Origin: Sphaeroforma arctica JP610
Lineage: Eukaryota
Length of the DNA stretch: 58,920 nucleotides
Direction: 5' to 3'
Assembly (NCBI RefSeq): GCF_001186125.1
Contig: NW_014040333.1
Location: 8,700-67,619 of the forward strand
Shown: positions 1-23,343 of the stretch, in pieces
Numbering within the stretch: the first letter of the stretch is position 1
Layout: every line of letters begins with the position of its first letter
Program-made: the position numbers and the translations under genes
The notes under the pieces: generated by a model
Told to the model about the DNA's origin: nothing
Database searches by the model: none
Seen by the model: the letters and a program-made list of their open reading frames with translations, nothing else

Positions 1-332
1 GTTCACGATATCTTTTGTATTCTTTGTAACTTAATAATCTTTAGCGCTACACACCTTTCTACTTCAGCAAACGGGAATATTCAAATGTGTGGTTTTGTAA
101 AAGTATGAAACATATTTGGTTATATCTAGAGCTAGATGTGAAAGCGATTGTGCAAGTGTGTGTCATATTGAAGAAGTCACTGAATATCCATAGTCTGCTT
201 GATTCCAGGGTTCACAGGAGCACAGAGGGGCGTATAGTCAAAGTTGACGACTTGCAACAAAAAAAGTGGAACTTCGTTTATACATTAGCACATGCAACTG
301 CCGTTTGATTGCAATCTACTCCTGCGTTTTAG

Positions 333-2352
333 GGGAAGAAAGCGAGCTACTTTGATTGCATGTCAATTTTTGTTTTGGAGACCCCTCTTTATGACACACA
401 ATTCAAAACTTTGTCCGAGAAATACCCAAAGGCTGGTCAATGGTGGCAGGTATGCAGTTTCAAAGATAGCTAGCTGTGTAAATGTATACTCCTTCACATA
501 ATAATGTGAATGTATAGCTGAATGTCTGTCTACTTGCAAACCCATAGAGTATTCATATGTATTCATAAACGTGTCTCGTACATATATGTATAAACAATTA
601 TACAAACAGATATCGATACAGCTCTGCATATATGTGCATGCACCATGAGATCAAAGCTTGACGTGTGTGATCTCCATTCAACTCCCAATTTTACTTTGAA
701 CTTTGGTTCCATCCATGGTAGCACACGATGCACTGCGGAGAACATAATATTTGTACGGTCATTGTCGGTATAAACGTTGAGTGGTCCTAGTAAACTTTGG
801 GAAGTCCGTATCGGAGTCGTGCACTAACGTTTTGCAACCGATTACTTCCCTACAGGACGTCATTGTCAAGAAAGTGAACGACTTTTACAAACCCGGAATT
901 TCTGCCCTAATCTGCAGCGTATTCCAATTTAGTACAAGAATAAGGACTCAGATGACTGGTAATAACAAGCCTGTCGTGGCTGCTTGCCTAGTGCGTGTGC
1001 GATTTCTACGCATATGTATGATTGTGAATGCACCGGCTCGAGAGATCTCTCCATTCCAGCGCTTTCAACAATCCGTCAAGGGTGGACACTAACTTCAATT
1101 GCTCATTACAACTTTGCACTTTGACAGAGGTTCTCAAACATACAGAACCCGACCACTTCGACTACGACGATCTACTGAATATCTGCCATAAAATCGAAGC
1201 GGCATTGATGTATGTGGTACTTGGTGGCTAGGCCGCAGCTTGAGTACATGGGATAGTATATGTGAAACTGTGAACACGTGTGTAGCAGCAAGTCTAGTAT
1301 CATGCGTGACTCGTCAGCTCAATTTCTTTAAAGCAATGTGTTGTACTCTTGTTGTTGGCTGCCTGACCGCCGTGTTGTTCTGAACCTTTTATCTACAGGT
1401 CTACCAATACCGAGAAAGGAGAAATGGAGAACAACGAAAAGTATTACAGCTATCTGGCTTTGATCGACAATCTCGATGTAAGTAGTCGGTAGACGTGACG
1501 TTCTATGTTTAAATCTTATAAGGATGTGATGTTGAAGTCTTTTAAGGATGTGCCTGATGTGCTGACCCGTATTATACGAGTGTCGAATGGCGTCTGCTGT
1601 TTTATTCACATGAGAGCGGAGTGGGTTGTGCAGTGCTCACACATGAGCAGTAAAATGCAGGAACTGATGATTAATCCGGTTGAGTATTGAGTGAGGGCAT
1701 TCGACTAATTTTAAACTTAAAAACTTTGAATTCAAATCTCCCGCAGCGCGATTTGTATAGCTTGATGAAGCCTGGTCAAATGATTCACGAATTCGACTGT
1801 GGGTACTCGTTGTCTGTGGAAAACGAGGGCAAGCAGAAGGGTGTGTGGCACTTAGATTCCCCTTTGAATCCCTCGTGATTACCAAGCATATCAATGTCCA
1901 TCCATTGTGCTCAATACCTCTCACCAGTGGCGATGTAAGGCGTTCTGTTTGAGCATGCACATGTCCTCGCTTGATTTGGTGTTTGATGCGGCTCCTGTTG
2001 CATTAAAGCTTAATGACTATAGAAGTATTCTCTATTTAATTTGCGTGCTTTTAACGTATTCATCTCTTCCACTCGATGCAGGTTACAACGTCAAGACAAA
2101 CAACAAGCTGATCATAATAAATAGTGCTGCTTTTGTTTTAAGGTATCAGCTTCATCCATGTTTGTATTTAAATATCACTGATCATTGCATGTGTAGAAAT
2201 GTCGACCTACACAATCAAAACGCATACTCAAAAATCTGGTCCTTGAGTGAAGAATTGACTGTATATTTTTATGTACATGCAGGTGAATTTATAGAGAATG
2301 AGTATACATGAATACACATATACACATGCAATATTAGATACAAACATATTTG

Positions 2353-2385
<33 letters not shown>

Positions 2386-2424
2386 GGTATAACCTATATA
2401 TATANNNNNNNNNNNNNNNNNNNN

Positions 2425-2485
<61 letters not shown>

Positions 2486-5400
2486 CCTCTATACAATATG
2501 TATGTTTATGTCTATATCCAAATATGTTTGTGTATACATGCATACACTAATAAAAGAAGGTATATACGCATATACATTTGCATAATGAAATTTTTTTGCA
2601 TTACATTTTGTAGGTTTGTGTTTTTGCGTTTGCGTCTGAGTGGTCGTACGTTTTTTTTTGACTGATTCACACGTAGTCTTTATCTATTGGATATGATTCT
2701 CATAATTCTGTTACCTTCTAGTTCACCTCAAACATACAGGTATCCTAACTAACCACTTCTCACAATCCTTTGTCTGGCGCAGACCATATCAGAATTCTGA
2801 TAACAAACGACACTACACGGCCCTGAAGGTCGTCCGATTCAACGACGTGGACATCATGTTTGCTGTACCTGGTAAGCGATGAACACACTACCTGAACTCC
2901 TCCGAACGTTCCTCTCCATGCAGAAGCTTTGCTGTGTCATTTAGCCTCAACCTTCTATAGTATCTTTATTGACCCGGATGAGTATCGCTCACGCTATATT
3001 ATCACTGGAAAAAAAATGCGCTGGTCTAAGTCAGACCGAATATGTCTATGGTATCGGGGGAGATAGTAAAAAGGGCTGTATTTGTTGCGAGAACCTTCTG
3101 GAACAAATCATAGCTCATCACCGCTAATACGAGCGCATAGATCCTATCTCTTATTTGGACGTAGTCTTTGTAGCCCTGCTCCCATACATTTACTGCTAAG
3201 GGTGAATCGGTCGACTTGTACTATTCCAATCACATTGAGACCATGTCGACACTACTTCCTACTCACCAACAGAGGGTACCCTGCACTTTGTCGTCTTAAC
3301 TAAAGACCGTGAAGGCGACAGCGACCGATTCATTGTGCACTTCAAGGACTTAAAATCACGGGACAAGGTCCTAGAACTCTTCGTAGAACAACTCAAGGTA
3401 CTAAACCTTAATATTTGGTGTGGTTTTGACTCCGTTCAGTGAGCTGGTCTCGTATTGGTTAATTTGGCATTTTAGATTGCGGCTGTCGGTCTACTTAGTT
3501 GATCTTGCGTACAGCTGATCTCAAGATAACACATGACACAGATTGCTTCAAAGGAACTGACCAATCCAGTGGTGGATCTCAAACCCGCTGAATTATCCAA
3601 GTATTTTCCGGGCGAGTACACGGTGAGTTGTTGTTGTGCTTATGTACTCTCCTACACATCAGAGTGTGTATCATGCAGACGTACCAGAGTATACAGATGT
3701 TTTCGGTGTCTCATGTTATCGGTCTCGTGCTGATCTGTGTGGCCTTGCTACGCACAAAAGATCTTATAGGAGGGGGTGGGAGTGGGGGGAGGGGTGATTT
3801 TGTACCGACATCAATTCAATTTCTACCGTCAAAAGTGGTAAAAGTAGTGCGGAATGTAGGCATTCTTTTGTACTTTAAATGTGTTACCTCCACTCTGTGT
3901 CCCGCTTGCGAATTTGGCATTTATATGTGAGCAGCCACTTCTGATCGTGCAGTACTCNNNNNNNNNNNNNNNNNNNNNNNNNNNNNNNNNNNNNNNNNNN
4001 NNNNNNNNNNNNNNNNNNNNNNNNNNNNNNNNNNNNNNNNNNNNNNNNNNNNNNNNNNNNNNNNNNNNNNNNNNNNNNNNNNNNNNNNNNNNNNNNNNNN
4101 NNNNNNNNNNNNNNNNNNNNNNNNNNNNNNNNNNNNNNNNNNNNNNNNNNNNNNNNNNNNNNNNNNNNNNNNNNNNNNNNNNNNNNNNNNNNNNNNNNNN
4201 NNNNNNNNNNNNNNNNNNNNNNNNNNNNNNNNNNNNNNNNNNNNNNNNNNNNNNNNNNNNNNNNNNNNNNNNNNNNNNNNNNNNNNNNNNNNNNNNNNNN
4301 NNNNNNNNNNNNNNNNNNNNNNNNNNNNNNNNNNNNNNNNNNNNNNNNNNNNNNNNNNNNNNNNNNNNNNNNNNNNNNNNNNNNNNNNNNNNNNNNNNNN
4401 NNNNNNNNNNNNNNNNNNNNNNNNNNNNNNNNNNNNNNNNNNNNNNNNNNNNNNNNNNNNNNNNNNNNNNNNNNNNNNNNNNNNNNNNNNNNNNNNNNNN
4501 NNNNNNNNNNNNNNNNNNNNACTAAAGCTCATTGCAGCACGCACAATAATGCACAATTTGAACGGCTGTTGTTGCCGTAAATGCTAAACTCATTGTCATA
4601 CGAGGTTCTCTACAAACAGCAGCGTTCTAGTAACAAACCTATCCGCTATCTTGTTCGGCGTGTGTGTTTTTTTTCCGGGCCATGCAGGCCCACAAACAGA
4701 TGGACACTATGAGTATGCGGTCGGATGTCAGCGGTCTGAGTCGAGCAAGCAGTATCGCGGGCAAGATGGATGACAAGATGGATGAAGCCAAGCACATGAT
4801 TTCCCGCATGTCGCGTGCTATCCGCTCTACCAGGTAACTGGAGCGCAGTTGTTGCGCTATTTTGGCTTGTTGTCGTATATACAACCCAACCTTTCTATAC
4901 AGAACAGGTGCCACATTACATCGTCCACTGGATATTTGTTTGTTTCCCACTGGGGTAGTGCCAGCCATCCGGCAAACATCAATAGTGTTTCGTCTTGGTC
5001 ATTTGTAGTCGCATTAACTCTGTGATATATATAGACATTGCTGATGTAATGTGTCTAACTACCACTTAGCCTGAGTGAACAATGACCATGAGTCCTTTGA
5101 GGGTCGAGTGTCTTGGTCGTTTGTAGTCGCATTAACTCTGTGATATATACAGACACTGCTGATGTATGGGATATTTATAAAGTCTCTCTGACTACTTGCT
5201 AGTGGAATTTGAAATATATTCAACCCCGCTTATCCGTAGGCCGAGCAAGTTTGAATATACCAAGGAGAGTAAACAAAAGAGCCGCGGCTCGATGTCCAGA
5301 GCAAGCCGTAGAAACAGCGTCCGTGATGAGGCTGCTCTTGAAACATCGTCGGAACTCTTGTGGGAACGGGCGGTTGAGCAGTCCATTGCGCACCGCAGAG

Positions 5401-8400
5401 GCTGTGGGGGAAATGAAGGTAGGCAACGGAACCGTGGAAGCGGGATATAACCGTTAAGTTTTCTATTAAAGAATATGCAGAGATATCGGTGTACTTGGTC
5501 TAATGGTCTTGTAAACAGTACACCTGTATACAAAATATACCTCGTGGTTGTGGATTGTTTTATGCTGTAGACACGACGCGTCTAGAGGGGTTGTTTTGAG
5601 TCACAAATTAAATCATGGCAGAGAAAGAAGTAGCTTATGGTTCAATAGGAAAAAGTACAAAAATAGCGTATCTCTCACGTTAACGTATTGACCTTCCGTC
5701 CCCACGCAGACGCCAATACTACTACATCATCTCCCGATATTGTTTCCCAACCTAAGGGTGCACGGCCACTAACGGTTGGTACTCTACCCGAGGCGGAATG
5801 GTTCTGTGGCCAGGGATCTGAGACTATTGACATGCTGGGCAAAGGACAGGCACCCAGAACCCCCGAAACTGGACTCTGTAAGTCTCGTTCCATTCGCTAT
5901 GTGCAGCAGACCAGACCTGCAACCAATGAAAGCGGGGCGGTGCAGACCCAGACAAAGTTTGTCAGTCGTCCTGGCTCGCAGGTCGAAGGCAGTGTGGACA
6001 GTCGCCGAGTCATGACCTTCCCCAGCTGGGCCCAGACGGAAGTGGATCAGCAGGTATGTAAGTGTGTGTGGCTAGTTTCCGCGCATAGGTAGATGTAAGA
6101 GTGATTGTCTAGCGCTAATATAGTTGTGTATTTCTTGTGTATGTATGTCAAAGTAAAAGTGCAGTATGACAACTCTCTCTGTGATATCTTCCAGCACGTA
6201 AGTGAACACAGACTCATGCCTTGCGCCTTGAACGTTTTTTACTTCTATTACAACCCCTTCAATTTCTTAATGCATGCATACAGACTTCCGCATCCCTTAC
6301 GTTCTCATATGCATCGCAAGAAGATGTTCTGCCACAATATACCATATTTGTGGTGTAGAGACATGAGGTTGATCCTTTTTAGTAACGAGTCTACGTTTCT
6401 CATCTAAGTAGCGACCTACAACACAAAGAGAGAAACACTGAACTAATCGTATGGCACAAGCGTACTTCGTTGCTGCATTGAGCGGTACCTCCCAAACAAT
6501 ACTTGATCGGTTTTACTCGCCTATCTGCTAGTTCGTTCCCAAACAAGCATACCAAATCCCGAAGTTCGGTGTTGAAAGACTTCTGGGATGCTTGTCTGTT
6601 CACGTCCATACCACTGCACAACCTGCAGACGGCCGACACTCTAATGATCGACCAGGACCAGTCCTTAGAGTTGACCCTAGAGATGCAGAACTTTCTCTTC
6701 CCGGAGACGGCTGCGATGGAGAGACCTATAGTGAAAATCATCCACGCCAATGACCTGCGCGAGTTGGGTAAGTGTTAGAGCGAGCGTCGCGGTATATATA
6801 CGGCTAGGTTTAGTGTAGACACAGATGAGGCCAGTTTAAGAGATATAGATGGGGGGATTGCATTCTAGTGTATGTTCGTTGCATGCGTATTCGTATACTC
6901 ATACACACGCGGTAGTTGCCTGTATGTATGATAGTTGTGCTTGTTTTTGTCATTAGAAAACACGCATAGGACTTTTGAACACGTACGTGTACGTATATAG
7001 TATCACATCGCCATTGACATTGTTGTACTAAAACTCTAAAACCCTAAAAACATGTGTGTCCAATCCCATTCGCCACAGACGTTAAACTACGCAATCTGGT
7101 CCAGAAGGGAGGCACAACCCCCAAAGCCCATGGAGGCCACATGGCACCTCTAAATCGGATTCAGAACCTGCGCGTGCCCAAGAAGCTGGCTGGTGGTGGT
7201 GAGTTATCCATCTGACAAGGACAGCATGTCTTGACGTCTTGTTAATCGTATACCCTTTATGGAGAGTAGTATGGTGTATTGCTTGTTGGTTGCTGTTCCT
7301 CTGCTTCAGGACTCTCTGTGGGCTCTGTATTTGATTATCTGTTGCTGATAGAGTGCAGAGGAATACAACTGAGTGGAGAGATTCAGGGTAGATACGCTAG
7401 AATACGTTCATGAGCACCATCATTCCAGTAGCAGATATGCAAAGGTCATTTGCCACATATATTGGTGTTGCTGATGTTATTGGAGTATGCGATTACAGAG
7501 GTAGATGCAATATATGTGCAGCGGTTTGTAATAGCTGAAGCAAATATTGAAGTACGAGGCGGAGATTGGAAGTACACTTTGAAATATGAGAGCCAAATTG
7601 TGTATATATGTCAATGGTATACTCACTTCAGGCGAAGTCGCTTGAAGTTTCTATTGTGTTTTTTTAGCAGTCACTGCAGTATGCGCGTAGTCGGTTACTG
7701 GTTTATCAATCACGTCAGAGATCTGTAAATGGTACAAGCCCAATAGTATTCCCATGCCTCCCTGCTATCTGACCACAACCCATACATCACGGAACGAGCA
7801 GGAGTATTTGATGAGAACAAGCGACTGCGCAGTCTATCGTCGCCCAGTCCCTTCACGCAGGAGGAGCCAGACGAGGAAATATCAACTAGCCCCGCTACAG
7901 ATAGTATCGCCAACTACAAGGTGAGTGCAAACACGTATCACAAGAAGAATTCGAACTACATACGAAAGAGCCGAGCTCGGATCCTTTGGATTGGTATTGT
8001 ACTTCGTATGCGGTGCTGCGAGACATATATGCGTGCACCATGATGACCTGTTTTGGTGCAAACGATATTCACTACTAATGAATGTGAGTGTAAGCTTGAA
8101 CAATTTGCATATTTGTTTGTACTGGCTCACAACACCTTCTTTTAGGTGAATGTGATGGTGATAAGACACGAAGTAAATCAGTGGCACCAGTCATAACCGA
8201 ATCTTTTCGCACACTAGATGACTTGATTAGTAGTTATTGGTCTATAAGCGAAGGTCTGGCCCTACACGAGCTTTATCCTTTGGCACATGATTGGTCCGAA
8301 GTGTGGGCCTCACTATCTCACCCTTGTTCTCTCACCGTACGGAATGACAGGAAGTGACCGATATCATCAACGCCGCAAACATTTTGGATCTGAGCGACAG

Positions 8401-9278
8401 CGAGCCCACTCCCAAAGTAGCCGACGGAAGTATTCAGCGCAGCACTGTCAAGCGTGGGCCAAAGGCTCGCCCAAGACCATCGCATCTGCAGGACGATCTT
8501 CGATCCGCCAGCAATGGGTCTATGAATAGCACCAGCGCCATGTCAGACCACGGTGAGTCATGAGTGTGATGGAATACCTATACCAATCTCTTTTGCTTTG
8601 CAGAACTGGCAAATGTCCGGCCCATTGTCACTATCTATGTACTCAATGAAAAAGTGGATGAAAACCATAAAAACCAGCTTGCCCATATTGATCTTACGAC
8701 AGCTTCATTCATCCCCAGATAGTATTGTCCACTGCAAAGTTGCATAAAGCGTCCGGCTCCGAAAACATCAGACATACTTTGCCCCACTCTCTGATCTCAA
8801 ACATACATATAAGAAAATACTGTGTGAGCCAGCCACCATATCAGTATACAACAACTCAATGCTATGCAGTGCATGCACACGTATGTGTATGAGGGTTACC
8901 CATGCATTCATTTAGGAAAACCCCACGTGTCAGCGCTCCTGTTCCTAATGAATGTTATTTCCTTTTTGCTTTCTAATTAATCAAGCACTATACCATACAT
9001 CGCGCCAATCTTCTGCTACTTGCGCCTATTCTCTCATGTACAGTTGCAAGATCCCACTCGAGTGCTTCTGGAGCACCCGTGCCAAACAGACCACCCCCAC
9101 CAAAGAAGCTGCCAGCCTTTGTCAAGGCACAGCAACAGGAGATCGAGAGTCCCACCATGCTCACCAAGCACGAGGGCATTCAGTCTCCTGATGTATGTTT
9201 GATTCTTGTGATGGATGGGAAATATGCATCTTTAAATTTATATATATATTATATAATTGTATATATATATACATATAG

Positions 9279-9311
<33 letters not shown>

Positions 9312-9944
9312 CATGTTTATGTGTATACGTATAATAAGTATTATAGAAAAACGAGTTGCTATATATATTGTTATGTATTGCTGTATATATTGTTAGGTTT
9401 TGTTATATATATTTTTATAGTTTTATTGATATATTTATATTCTTATATATTGTCATATACATTGCTATTGTTACTGTTATTGTTAATGTTATTGCTATTG
9501 TTCTTGTTAACTTTATTGTTATTGTTATTGTTATTGTTATTGTTATTCGTTTTTATTATCGTTATATTATATGCAACATATATATATATATATATATATT
9601 ATTTTATATTATTTATATATATATTATATATATTATATATATATATATATATCTATATTATATATATATATATATATGCATGTATGGATGGATGGATGGA
9701 TGGATGGATGGATGGATGGGTATCAGTGAATGCTTCCGCTGGATTCGCTATGCTTAGACAGATGAACTATGGAATCAAAACGGAATGCGTAAACTGATTA
9801 ATCTCTTAACGATTGATACATTACACTGCTCTCATAGCTAACCTCTACCCCTTGGTTTTTGATGTTATTTATGAATAGGTCCAACAGCGGCGCCCTACCC
9901 GTCCTGCAAACCCACCCAAGCGACAGATTACTATGCGTAACTGA
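333..9944 (+). CDS. Multi-exon Dbl-family RhoGEF-like protein (DH + PH domains, long Ser/Pro-rich C-terminal tail); 5' end not resolved or upstream of the window
   Basis: Exons joined by GT-AG with matching phases: 333-449, 856-958, 1128-1209, 1399-1477, 1747-1840, 2082-2142, 2783-2871, 3273-3397, 3542-3622, (gap), 4688-4833, 5240-5418, 5710-6053, 6629-6767, 7079-7198, ~7747-7920 (phase join to the previous exon unresolved), 8351-8552, 9044-9192, 9879-9944 (TGA). The spliced text ISALICSVFQFSTRIRTQMTEVLKHTEPDHFDYDDLLNICHKIEAALMSTNTEKGEMENNEK resembles the DH C-terminus (L..P.QR...Y.LLL.ELLKHT...HPDY..L......I.....NE). A PH-like region follows, ending FIVHFKDLKSRDKVLELFVEQLK. Confidence 0.75.
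4992..5167. repeat. Dispersed ~57-bp direct repeat pair within a RhoGEF intron
   Basis: gtcttggtc(a/g)tttgtagtcgcattaactctgtgatatata(t/c)agaca(t/c)tgctgatgta at ~4992-5048 and ~5110-5166. Confidence 0.85.
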
Positions 9945-11387
9945 AGTGTATAGCGACGAGTATTCACATATTACCCCCGCGTGAGTCTGGCTGCCTGGTG
10001 CAGCCAATGCGTGTCAGCGTATGCACCTTGTACTGTTTGCTTGTGCTCAACAGCACGAGCTAGGCGTTTGGATGGTGAGATATAGCGTTAAGGCCTGTTC
10101 GTATCAGACGTAACCAGTTGATGTAACAATGACAAGATTCCGCCGGCAAAGTGCCCTATTGAGTTGATGCGGCATGGCTTGAACACCGGGTAGATCCAAG
10201 TACTTCAAGTATGCCTACGTGCTAAGCGAAGTGTAGAGGACTAAGGAGACGGTGTGGGTATGAGCCCTTCGATTCGTCGGCGAGTCAAGACACCTTTGCA
10301 ATCTACAGTAGACGAATATAAAAGCAAGCACACTACAAGGATGCATATGATCCCGGACTTGGCCACCATGACTGTTGCATGTGAATTTCACACTCAGCCA
10401 GCATGATAGTTCGCGTTAACATTTGGCCCACGGTCAAATCACGTGTCATGGCTTGTGGTGATAGAGTACCGTGTGTGGGCCTGTGGGGGAGTTGGTAGCA
10501 GCTAGATTTATAGTCACAAGCCGAATACAACCAAATAGAACATAGCCAGCCAACCAGAAAGTACAAATTTACGAAAAATAATAATAATAAAAAGAGTCTG
10601 AGAGGGACATTGCGCACGCAAAACAACCCCTTCTCAAACTCATTTATCCCAATCAGACGACTCGACCCGAACGATCAGTTTATAGCTCGATTGAGCGGCT
10701 ACAAGCAAACAACCACATACTCTTGAGTGTGTGTTATACATGCGTGTCTTTAAATCTATTATTGAGGTGTTGGATTTGAACATGGAGCTGATATCTGTCT
10801 TGTTCGTGCAATCTACGAACACAGATACGTCATACCAACTATGCATCCCCACATTTGTACGTGCATCGCGTCTGTTCCGATTTCTTCTTCTCCAGTTTGC
10901 TTGGTTTAATAATATGCGTATAAGTAGCAAGAGCATATTCAGGTCCGTACAGACACCATCTGCCGCTGGTGATATCTGACGTAATACCCGCGTACTGGTA
11001 TGTACCGTAAGTCGAACGAGCGCATTGCGTGACTCAGCGAAACAAAGCAATAATCTGAACTACGAGTACCAAAAATAAGCGTTTACGGGTTCAGTTCGCT
11101 CGTAGTACCTTTCACGGGCTTCCACGGACTTCCATGGTCTTGTTTGTGGTAGAGAACTCTCCGATCAGAGACACGGCCTCTAGCCTGCCGCTAACACTAA
11201 CACTAACACGCGTCGAACAACAGGCTGTGCTCCCCTCACCTCACGACCACAGGTCAAAAGACAGTCCACACGAGTTAGGTCAGTAGAGTGTGTTGTAGAC
11301 CATTTGACTACGATTGAGGTGTGGACTGCTTCTTTTTTTCAGAGACGATCTCCAGCAGAGCTGCCGCAGCGATCCTCCGACAGGTCC

Positions 11388-11700
11388 GCCGAGGCCGCCT
11401 GCCAAGTGTCGCTCCTGTGTACTGGGCATTTGAAAACGGTTCAATTCGGAGAGACAAACCTACTTGATTATCAGAATAAGACTTATNNNNNNNNNNNNNN
11501 NNNNNNGAATTATTTTCCCCATATTCAAGGCTATTGTATGCCCTATAATACTTCGCTTCGAAGTGTCGCTCCTGTGTACTGGGCATGTGGAAACGGTTCA
11601 ATTCGGAGAGACAACCCCATTTGATTATCAGAATAAGACTTATTTTCCCCATATTCAAGGCTATTGTATGCCCTATAATACTTCGCGGTCGGCGCTCGGC
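11388..11700. mobile_element. Possible MITE-like insertion with imperfect terminal inverted repeats and an internally duplicated ~126-bp core
   Basis: Left end gccgaggccgcctgccaagtgt resembles the reverse complement of the right end, gccgagcgccgaccgcgaagtat. The core aagtgtcgctcctgtgtactgggcat...ccctataatacttcgc occurs twice (11404-11556, interrupted by a short N gap, and 11561-11686). No TSD seen. Confidence 0.4.
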
Positions 11701-13026
11701 ATCCAACTATATGTCCATCAATCGTAGATACTGGCAGGTGTGGGGCTGTCTGTTGGCCTTGCACGCCTGCTGCTACGATAGCCCTAGCAGATGAAGATAA
11801 ACTCGACCACAGTAGTACACATTCACACCGTCCAACCACCCATAGCAGCACCTCTCATCTTTAGACATAGGGGCCAAGAGTAGAATAACTGCTCAATAAG
11901 TACCACACTGTAGTGTGTCATGGCATCGTACGCCGAGACTGCCTGCACTGCTTCCGTTCGGCGCAGAGTGCTAAGGATGCATTAGAACTGGCACTTCCTT
12001 AACGACGCTCGCTGCTAGTACCACCCCCTTTACGACGCCCGCTGATAGTACCACCTCCCGCCTTTACATGCATCTCTTCTACTGATAGGCAGCTGAATGA
12101 TTCTGACATGATCAGCAACCAAGCGAAGAAACATGCACGTCTTACTCTCTCTCTCTCTTCTTGTGATAGGAAGCTGAATGGTTCTCACATGATATCTATC
12201 TCAGACACCGCAGGGCCTTTTCATAGGCCTTACGCAGGGCCTTACCATAGGCTAAAACGGCTATCTCACACATTTCAGGCCTCCAGGAGCATCAAAGGAT
12301 TCACCGCAGACGGACTCAGCGTAGCGACCAAGCTGTACTTGTATGTGAAAAACCCGTTGTAGCCAGACTTCTCACAGTCCTCCTTACGCTGCGAAGTACC
12401 AAAGGATATCGAAGTGTGTGGGTGGACAGTACGAGACCGCAGTGTTGCAGAGCAAACCGATACAAGTCAAATACAACTATACGTTGCATCGGTTTCGGTG
12501 TGAACACGTGGATATCTACAGCCCTCATATGTACTCCCGTATGGGGTGCCTAGTATCGGGTGTGTGCTATTTTCCCCACTGAGTGCATATGAACGTGGAA
12601 TACACAACGGCGGGTGACATCAATCAAGCTAAACACATGCATCAGGTTAAGGTTACAACAATGCAGCGAATATACTAATACTCCACAGTCATTGCATTGT
12701 CCATTCATGCAACCAAAAGGTGCTCCGGTGCGTACAGCCATGGTAAATGGTTACACACGATAGTGCCGCTAGATACACTGAATAAGTGACTAAAGAAGAT
12801 ATGAAGTGCAAGTGCCTGGGCGCCCTGCCCACTTTAACGAACGGGACAGAACAAGCCACAAAACGCAACACGGACAGCCCTTAATTCAAACGCCATCCTT
12901 GACATACACGTTACAGGATAAGACCATAGCCCTATGGGCGCATGTGTTTGTGCCTGCTGCCAAAATCAGACGCAAACACCAGCGGAATGAAGAAACCAAA
13001 ACTTCGCAACGCAGTGAAGCCCCTAC

Positions 13027-13478
13027 CTTGACTATGGCGCTTCGTGAATCGTCCAGCTCGAAATGATAGGCAACCTTGATAGTTCCCCCTGCACATACGA
13101 TTCAGCGTACAGAGTGCAAGTTTGTTGTGTGTAAGTTGCAGGCTTGATGTACACCTCTACCCATACTTTAAACACTTACGAACCGGTACAACAAGTTACA
13201 CAGCGTGAAGAAGAACATGAACGTTCCGACGGAATAAGGCTACTTGAAATACCTTCCACTATGCGTATCGTTTTAAGATCCTTTTCCTTGACCTTATCCG
13301 CGCTTTCGAAGTACACCATGCGATCAATCAGTGGGGCTTTCATCGTGTTTGTAAAGTCCGCCAGCATGTCGTCGTCAAACCTGTCGGCTATCTCTGGCAG
13401 TAACTTGAGTGTTACCACAATCACAGTGCGCTTGCTTACGCGTAGGTGAAATACTTTACGGCTGCCAACAGTTGACAT
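13027..13478 (-). CDS. Small SLX4IP/UPF0492-like protein (first two exons; 3' exon uncertain, candidate 12549-12316)
   Basis: Exon 1 runs from ATG 13478 to ~13253 (..IRIVE G|gtattt). Exon 2 spans ~13088-13027 (GTIKVAYHFELDDSRSAIVK|gtaggg). The joined pattern VFHLRVSKRTVIVVTLKLLP..F......L.......LIDRM....KTIRIVEGGTIKVAYHF resembles my recollection of the SLX4IP N-terminal domain and its fungal relatives. Confidence 0.5.
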
Positions 13479-14392
13479 TGTAGCTGGCGCGATGGGTCTG
13501 TGTGTGTGTCCCGGGATGCAATTTATACACGTACTATATATACGAATGTTAAGCGCATACGTATATGCCTATCCCGTCACGGTCAATCTGTTGACGTGAA
13601 TCATATATTTGAAAGTACTGACACAGTGACTGAATGGATCAAGCTCACACCCTGGAGCCAAAAACAAAGTCACAAATCAGAGAATGTTTGGATAGGGTTT
13701 GGAACCCTAAAACTCGAAAAATCTTTAGCTGGAACAAAATCATAAGCTGGGGGCCTGGGGATCGTAAGCATTAAACAAGCCTCAAGTCAGACGTTCTTGT
13801 CGTGTCCCCAACAAATATTATACATATATCGACCTCGTACTGTTGAAAACACATCTCACACAGCTGTAGACAGCGGTCCATGTTTCACGTACAGCGATGT
13901 TAGACAACTTGTGCATTGCTCCTCCATAGCTTACACGTTTGCAAGCTACATGTTTAACGAGACTGTATTTGGATAAGGTGCCGGGTTTCTTCGCGCGTAT
14001 TGTTGACGGCTGGATTGCAACGCTTTTACAATTACACTGTGGTGCGATCAATTGTTCTCTTGTTAGACAAACCGGCAACGATCATGCTGGGTTTATGCGC
14101 ATGGCTAAGTAAACGTGGAGCATATCAATACTCAAGGCGGGGTACTTCAGAGGTATGGATATGAGGATAGGTGAATAAAACAGCGCAGTTAAATACAAGC
14201 TAACTCGTAGAAACTGCATTAAAATGATTGTATTTGGCTTTGGCTTAGCATTGGGTGTATTCCGTATTTATTGGCTCATTGGTCTGTGGCTGCTTGGACA
14301 ATTGAGTATGGCCCAAATGTCATGCGGGTACGTACATCTGGAGTTCTTTTCGGTATAAGAAGCAACCTTGCTAAGTTAAACCCTTAGGATTA

Positions 14393-23343
<8,951 letters not shown>

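Noticed and set aside
12279..12362. Plus-strand exon-like segment (ttcag|ASRSIKGFTADGLSVATKLYLYVKNPL*)
   Set aside because: I could not link it to a consistent upstream exon chain or start codon; left unannotated.
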